The notes under the pieces: generated by a model | Told to the model about the DNA's origin: nothing | The model's input: only the letters and a program-made list of their open reading frames with translations | The model's database searches: none | Position numbers and translations under genes: made by a program | In this document: one piece after another, positions 58,818 to 64,000 of the stretch | How positions within the stretch are numbered: position 1 is the first letter of the stretch | Layout of the letters: every line of letters begins with the position of its first letter | Virus record (IMG/VR): IMGVR_UViG_3300042560_001054 | DNA from: an uncultured virus (IMG/VR IMGVR_UViG_3300042560_001054) | Taxonomy: Duplodnaviria; Heunggongvirae; Uroviricota; Caudoviricetes | Reading direction: 5' to 3' (one strand) | Length of the DNA stretch: 64,000 nucleotides

Positions 58818-59144
58818 CTAAGCTGTCTGGTCTAAGCCTTGTAGGTAAAAGGCAACACCAGAAGGTCCTGCAATTTTTACAACATCTGTCGGGTTCAACC
58901 CAAACCTAAATGTTTCATAACTATTATACGCAGGCACAGTTAAATTGTATGCTATTAAACCGTATCCAGGTTCCGAAGCTCCTGATGGAACTACATATAC
59001 ATAAATGTTTACATCTGCAGCGGTTGTATTTGTTGCAATTACAGATACTAAATAATAATCTGTAGAAGTAAATAGGGTGGTTCCTGTGCCGTAAGCAACC
59101 GTCGAAGAAAGACGATTTACCGCTAAGCGTTCAATTCCTGCCAT
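58818..59144 (-). CDS. Fibre-associated hypothetical protein
   Basis: IAYNLTVP...L..TDVV; related to 62893..63225. Confidence 0.65.
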   Translation of the reverse strand: MAGIERLAVNRLSSTVAYGTGTTLFTSTDYYLVSVIATNTTAADVNIYVYVVPSGASEPGYGLIAYNLTVPAYNSYETFRFGLNPTDVVKIAGPSGVAFYLQGLDQTA

Positions 59145-59612
59145 TTATACTCCTAACCACCAAGATGTTCCGATGCTTCCTGCACTAGATGAGCCTGCAG
59201 GTCCTGTAGCACCTGTTGCTCCAACAGCTCCTGTCGGTCCAGTTACACCTTGTGGACCAGTTGGTCCAATTGGTGCCGCACCAGTCTCAACCCAGTATCC
59301 ATCATAAAAGATAAATATTCCGCCTGTATTAGGGTCAAACCAAGCGTCACCTGCTGATGCACCTACTGGTGGAAGTGCACTTGAGTAAGTCCACGCTCCT
59401 GTAGGTCCTGTACTACCAGTTGGTCCTAATAAACCTTGCGTACCAGTTGGGCCAGTTGGACCTGTTGGTCCTGTGGCACCTTGCGGTCCAGTTGGTCCGA
59501 CTACTGGTGTGCGGATTACATCCCAAGTAGTTCCATTCCACTCCCAAGTAGTATTACCAGAAGTAAACTGTTGATTGAGTGTAGGTGAATTAGGAAAATC
59601 AATTGCTGTCAT
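59145..59612 (-). CDS. Short collagen-like protein
   Basis: IDFPNSP start; GPT repeats flanking a GDAWF...YDGYWV domain. Confidence 0.75.
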   Translation of the reverse strand: MTAIDFPNSPTLNQQFTSGNTTWEWNGTTWDVIRTPVVGPTGPQGATGPTGPTGPTGTQGLLGPTGSTGPTGAWTYSSALPPVGASAGDAWFDPNTGGIFIFYDGYWVETGAAPIGPTGPQGVTGPTGAVGATGATGPAGSSSAGSIGTSWWLGV

Positions 59613-60538
59613 TAGATTGGATACCTAATAATTACTACTCCAGAACCGCCATTGTTAATACTAGTAGATGGAGTACCAGAACCATTTCCTCCACCTCCAC
59701 CGCCAAGCCCATTAGTTCCAGGAAGACCTTGTCTTCCAGCGTCGTTAAAATTTGCTGAGCCTCCGCCACCACGGCCTCCGCCTCCGTTACCTCCAGCAGG
59801 TTGAATAGATGCGGGGTCCCAACCACCTCCAGCACCACCGCCAGCGTAAAACGTACCCGAACCTGAAATAGAATAAGAAAGTCCTACGCCACCAACACCG
59901 CCATTTTCACCGTTATAGTTTGCGCCCTGTCCTCCAGCGCCACCTCCGCCACCGGCACCCCAAGGACTTTGTACCCCATCTCCTCCGTTAAAACCTTGTC
60001 CAGCGCATCCGTAATTATGTTTGCTTAATCCATTATAGTCTCCAGTTCTTCCACCACCAGAACCAGAGTTGCAAGCTGATGTGCTAAGGCTTGCTCCAGG
60101 CACAGCAACGCTTGTGCTGTCCGCGTCTGCTCCAGCCATTCCTCCAAAAGCAGTTAAAGTAAATCCTGAACTGTCTCCTCCTCTACCACCATGCGAACCT
60201 GCTGAAGCACCCCCAGCTTGTGCTCCGCCGCCGCCTACAACAATAGAGTAATTTTGAGATATTACAGGTCTGGAAGATGAGTACACAAGCCCACCAGCTC
60301 CCCCTCCGCCAGCACGTCTTCCGCCGCCACCGCCGCCTCCAGCCACAAGTAGTACTTCAACGTTTCCAGCATCGTCTGGAATAAAAGTTGAAGTTCCAAC
60401 AGCAGTAAAAGTGTGAATGCGAAAACCGCCGGAAGTAGTAATTGTTCCGCCAGTAGAACCACTACCTAAACGACCAGTTTGTACTCTACGTCTTCCTTGA
60501 CTGCCGTAGCTTCCACGAACAGAGCTAACAAAAGGCAT
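59612..60538 (-). CDS. Glycine-rich virion/fibre protein, paralog of 54146..55180
   Basis: Same MPFVSSVRG start and GGSGVVI.RY end. Confidence 0.75.
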   Translation of the reverse strand: MPFVSSVRGSYGSQGRRRVQTGRLGSGSTGGTITTSGGFRIHTFTAVGTSTFIPDDAGNVEVLLVAGGGGGGGRRAGGGGAGGLVYSSSRPVISQNYSIVVGGGGAQAGGASAGSHGGRGGDSSGFTLTAFGGMAGADADSTSVAVPGASLSTSACNSGSGGGRTGDYNGLSKHNYGCAGQGFNGGDGVQSPWGAGGGGGAGGQGANYNGENGGVGGVGLSYSISGSGTFYAGGGAGGGWDPASIQPAGGNGGGGRGGGGSANFNDAGRQGLPGTNGLGGGGGGNGSGTPSTSINNGGSGVVIIRYPI

Positions 60539-60542
60539 TTAA

Positions 60543-62621
60543 TTACCCCCAGTTTAGGTTAGCGGAGCCTAGGACTGTCCAAGCGCTAGAAACACGAATT
60601 AATGAGAAAGTAAATACGTCTATACGTCCCGCAACAGATGTTGGGGTAGGTGCAGCAGCTGTTGGCCATTTAATGGTTGCTGCGCTACCGTTAATACTTA
60701 ATGCGCTAGGAATATATCCTGTAGAGCCTTGAGTAACAAATATGTTAATAGTCATAACTTTATCGTTATCTGTTGGTACGTTAGTTAGAACTGCAGTAAA
60801 GTTTGCGGAAGGCGCAGTGCCAATCCAGTAGATATTACCTGCAGACCAATCACAAGCTGCGTTATTAGAAGCAATAGTTACTGGAACCAAAGTTTCACGC
60901 ATTTCTTGAATGTCAACAGTGCCGCTTAATGACACTGTTCCAGAGGCTGTTAAACCAGCAACTCTAAGGTCTGCGTATGCAAGGCCTGCTTCTGAGAAGT
61001 TTACAGTTGTAGCTGGCTTAGTTGTAGCATCTTTAAATATCTTAAAGATTCCATCAGATGCATCACGAACTGCGCCACCATAGTATCTACGAGCAGATAC
61101 TGAAGAGCTTCCAGAAGCTGCAGCTGAAGATACGTTAGATGCGGTTTTAGCATAAGTAAATGTAGTAGATGTAGGTACTGCGGTAATTGCATAAGTACCG
61201 TTAAATGTAGCGTCAACTCCGCTTACTACAACTACGTCACCTTCGCGGTAATTATGTCCAGCAGATGTAGTCAAAGTAGCTACGTTAGAAGTAAGTGCCT
61301 TATTAGTAATAGTACTTACTAGAGCAGCAATAGTGCTTGCGTACTCTACGACAAGGCCTTCATCGACTGTATCAGCTTGGTTACCTGTACCAGAGAAAAT
61401 CATAGGAGCAACAACAGCTAAGTTGTCTGTAGTAGTTGCGCCTCCACCAAATGTGAGGTTACCTACGATAGCCATGTTACCTTGAACGTTCATATCTCCC
61501 TGTACACCTACGCCACCAACTACAGTTAAAGCACCTGTAGTAGAGCTAGTTGATGGGGTTGGGATTTCAATATGTACGTTTAAATCTGGAGTAATACTCA
61601 TTTGAGTATTATCAGAGGACAAACCACCAGCGGCAAAAATAATCTTGTTTTCAGTTCCTTTATCGCCTGTAGCAAAAACTAAGTTACCTGGACCTGTGGT
61701 TCCAACAGGGGCCTCTAAGAAAATATATCCATCGTTAGCTCCAGTAATTGTAAACTCTGGGTCATTAAAGTTTGAGCTTGTAATACCCATATCGATGTAG
61801 CCAGCAAAGTCTGTTCCGTTATTAGCGTACGCAATAAAGTCTGTTGAAGAGTTTGCACCATTGCCAGAGTTTCTAAAAGCAACTTGAGCAAAGTCATCAT
61901 CTGCATCAACTGCAAACGCAGCAACTAAATTTGTATAGCCTGGAACTGTTGTTACAGTACCAACAGTTGCTTGTGACGCAATGTTTCCAGCGGTCTTAGC
62001 AAAAGTAAATGTATTAAGAGTTGGGGTAGTAATAATTTCATATGTACCATCAAATGCTGCATCTGCTGGGCTAAGAGCAATTGTTACAAATTGAAATGGT
62101 GCAAAGCCGTGTGCAGTAGATGTGGTGATGGTTGCAACGTTAGAAGTTAAAGATTTAGTTTGTGCAGTCTTTGTAACTGCTCCAAGAGTTTCAGCATCTG
62201 TACGTGCTCCAGGACCTACATACAATTCACCTGCTGTAGAAGCAACATCAAGGTCACCTGTTACTCCAAGAGTTCCAAATGAGTTAGACCAAGACGCGTT
62301 AGTTCCATCAGTTTTAAGGAATTTACCTGCTTCTCCAGTTTGAGAAGGTACTTGACTTACGTTAGCAAATTGAAATGCAGAACCTGTGGTTTGGAGGAAT
62401 TGACCATTAGTTCCTGCTGTTGGGTCTGTGTACCCATCAATCATCTTTGACCAGTAAGCGGTGCTAGTTGGAGCGTTTCCTGTAGTAGCGCCTGTGTTGA
62501 TATAGACGTATAGGTTATTGGTGTACTTGACTACGTCATTAAGTTGATATTCAGTCGCGCCGCTATAGACGCCTTTGTAGGTAAAGCGTAGCTTTCCTAG
62601 ATTAAAGATTTGGGCAGCCAC
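60543..62621 (-). CDS. Tail fibre/adhesin, paralog of 55191..58088
   Basis: One CBM-like repeat; shared ENKIIFAAGG/DNKIIFAAGG, VHIEI.TPS, QEM.E, LGSANLN. Confidence 0.75.
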   Translation of the reverse strand: MAAQIFNLGKLRFTYKGVYSGATEYQLNDVVKYTNNLYVYINTGATTGNAPTSTAYWSKMIDGYTDPTAGTNGQFLQTTGSAFQFANVSQVPSQTGEAGKFLKTDGTNASWSNSFGTLGVTGDLDVASTAGELYVGPGARTDAETLGAVTKTAQTKSLTSNVATITTSTAHGFAPFQFVTIALSPADAAFDGTYEIITTPTLNTFTFAKTAGNIASQATVGTVTTVPGYTNLVAAFAVDADDDFAQVAFRNSGNGANSSTDFIAYANNGTDFAGYIDMGITSSNFNDPEFTITGANDGYIFLEAPVGTTGPGNLVFATGDKGTENKIIFAAGGLSSDNTQMSITPDLNVHIEIPTPSTSSTTGALTVVGGVGVQGDMNVQGNMAIVGNLTFGGGATTTDNLAVVAPMIFSGTGNQADTVDEGLVVEYASTIAALVSTITNKALTSNVATLTTSAGHNYREGDVVVVSGVDATFNGTYAITAVPTSTTFTYAKTASNVSSAAASGSSSVSARRYYGGAVRDASDGIFKIFKDATTKPATTVNFSEAGLAYADLRVAGLTASGTVSLSGTVDIQEMRETLVPVTIASNNAACDWSAGNIYWIGTAPSANFTAVLTNVPTDNDKVMTINIFVTQGSTGYIPSALSINGSAATIKWPTAAAPTPTSVAGRIDVFTFSLIRVSSAWTVLGSANLNWG

Positions 62622-62893
62622 TAGTTAACCTCCATGATTAGCTGGTCTGTGTATGTAGTATCCCACGAAAAAGAGAATTCGTAAGGGGTTAGAGCAGTTG
62701 TATAATAAGTATCGTCGTATCTAGCGTATACCGTTCCATCGTCGTTTAGTTGAGGAACAGTGATTTGAGCTGAAGTATCTCCCCATAAATACTCTTCAAT
62801 AGTCAAAGAATCAGTTGTTGGGTCATACTTAAACCCATAGAAATTTTGTTTTGACTTTGCAGAGCTACCAGATAGAGATAAGAATCCAGCCAT
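62621..62893 (-). CDS. Small fibre-associated hypothetical protein
   Basis: ORF track; coupled. Confidence 0.65.
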   Translation of the reverse strand: MAGFLSLSGSSAKSKQNFYGFKYDPTTDSLTIEEYLWGDTSAQITVPQLNDDGTVYARYDDTYYTTALTPYEFSFSWDTTYTDQLIMEVN

Positions 62894-63225
62894 TAGGGTG
62901 TAATCTCCGTTCCAAATACGCTTACGCTAAGGTTGTTGTTTCCACCGTTTATCGTTATTACATCTGCTGCGTCTATGGTTATTCCGAAAGAAAGAACAGT
63001 AGTGTCATTTCTATCAATCGGGACGTCATAGGCGACGTAGTGCTTGTTTTCTATAGAAGCACCGTTAGGACGTACAGCTAGCTTAAACGTGGTGTTTTCA
63101 GTTCCACGGTTAGCAATCACAATGCTGCTGATTACAGCTTGAGTACTTGAGGGTACGGTATAAGCATTTGTGTCAACGCTAGCCGTAGATACGACTTGCC
63201 CAAGAACTTTATATGTTGTGGCCAC
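62893..63225 (-). CDS. Fibre-associated hypothetical protein (YKVLGQ type)
   Basis: YKVLGQ...YTVP...ISSIVIAN...YD...GIT...D.I...FG.EI. Confidence 0.7.
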   Translation of the reverse strand: MATTYKVLGQVVSTASVDTNAYTVPSSTQAVISSIVIANRGTENTTFKLAVRPNGASIENKHYVAYDVPIDRNDTTVLSFGITIDAADVITINGGNNNLSVSVFGTEITP

Positions 63226-63249
63226 TGTGTTCCTTTCTTGTTAAGTTTA

Positions 63250-64000
63250 CTAAATTGTTCCGAATAAAAATGGATGTAGCTGTGCATCTGCTGCTGGTCC
63301 AGTTGGACCTGTTGCACCTGCAGGACCTGTAGGTCCAGTTACTCCAGGGTTACCTTGTGGTCCTGTTGGACCTGTGACTGAAGGACCTGTTGGTCCAGTT
63401 GGTCCAGGAACATTAGATGCAGCACCAGTCGGACCTGTTGGTCCAGTAACTGATGGACCTGCTGGTCCTGTAGGACCTTGAAGTGTAGAAGCAGGACCAG
63501 TTGGTCCAGTTGCTCCTGTTGGGCCAGTAACACCAGCAGGACCTGTTGGTCCTTCTACTGTGCTGGCCGCACCTGTTGGTCCTGTTGGACCTACTGAACC
63601 AGTTGGTCCAATATCAGAGTTTGCCCACTCAACCCAATAAGAATCGTAGTAAACATAATTACGTGCGTTGTTTGAATTAAACCAGACATCACCTGCATTA
63701 GGAGAAGCAGGTGCAGTAATTCCTACATAAAAAATACCTTGTGGTCCAAGTGCACCAGTTGGTCCCGTCGGACCAGTAGAACCAGTTGGTCCAGTTACAC
63801 CAGCAGGACCTGTTGGTCCAGTTTCTCCTTGCGCTGCTGCAGTTCCAGGAATACCTTGCGGACCTGTCGCACCAGTTGGTCCAGTAGGACCAAGTAAACC
63901 TTGAGCACCTGTTGGACCAGTTGGTCCAGGTACTGTGCTTTCTGCACCTGTTGGTCCAGTAGCACCAGTTGGTCCGGTTGCACCTGCGGGACCTGTAGGT
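63250..64000 (-). CDS. Collagen-like protein, 3' part (start lies beyond the window)
   Basis: Long GGx-CCx-ACx repeats with a GDVWF...YDSYWVEW domain; ends ...[12 protein letters not shown] at 63250. Confidence 0.8.
   Translation of the reverse strand, partial: PTGPAGATGPTGATGPTGAESTVPGPTGPTGAQGLLGPTGPTGATGPQGIPGTAAAQGETGPTGPAGVTGPTGSTGPTGPTGALGPQGIFYVGITAPASPNAGDVWFNSNNARNYVYYDSYWVEWANSDIGPTGSVGPTGPTGAASTVEGPTGPAGVTGPTGATGPTGPASTLQGPTGPAGPSVTGPTGPTGAASNVPGPTGPTGPSVTGPTGPQGNPGVTGPTGPAGATGPTGPAADAQLHPFLFGTI

Noticed and set aside
63250..64000. Periodic GGTCC/GGACC repeats as a noncoding array
   Set aside because: Fully explained by Gly-Pro-Thr codons on the - strand.
1..64000. Stop-codon reassignment, tRNA or rRNA genes
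   Set aside because: Standard code gives dense full-length genes ending in TAA, TAG and TGA; no cloverleaf recognised. The GTTCGA near 46470 lacks the other tRNA arms.

Overview
A 64-kb segment of a large tailed dsDNA phage with a contractile tail. The host is very probably an actinobacterium, inferred from a WhiB gene, an NrdH-type redoxin and many leaderless genes. Bases 1-4.8 kb are a + strand block (repeat-rich noncoding DNA, MoxR AAA ATPase, HExxH/vWA protein, tiny ORFs). Everything else is on the - strand. From left to right it holds: nucleotide metabolism (class II RNR, NrdH); a nucleotidyltransferase / degenerate HAD / degenerate TGT-fold / DUF6378-like cluster; small hypothetical genes; recombination and replication genes (RuvC-like, Cas4-like, WhiB, RecA, family A polymerase, SSB-like, SNF2, primase, DnaB, DnaC-like loader, initiator); baseplate, tape measure, tube and sheath; a cluster of tiny Lys-rich proteins; and a fibre region with Gly-Pro-Thr collagens, a GT2-TPR glycosyltransferase, a carbamoyltransferase and a tandemly duplicated fibre module. 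I recognised no terminase, portal, capsid, integrase, tRNA or CRISPR array. The strongest leads are a candidate +1 ribosomal frameshift at UUU-CGU in the tail chaperone, the NTase plus two apparent pseudoenzymes, a putative fibre glycosylation/carbamoylation system, apparent GATC avoidance, and leaderless promoters built on upstream stop codons. All calls are from motif recognition by eye; no searches were run.
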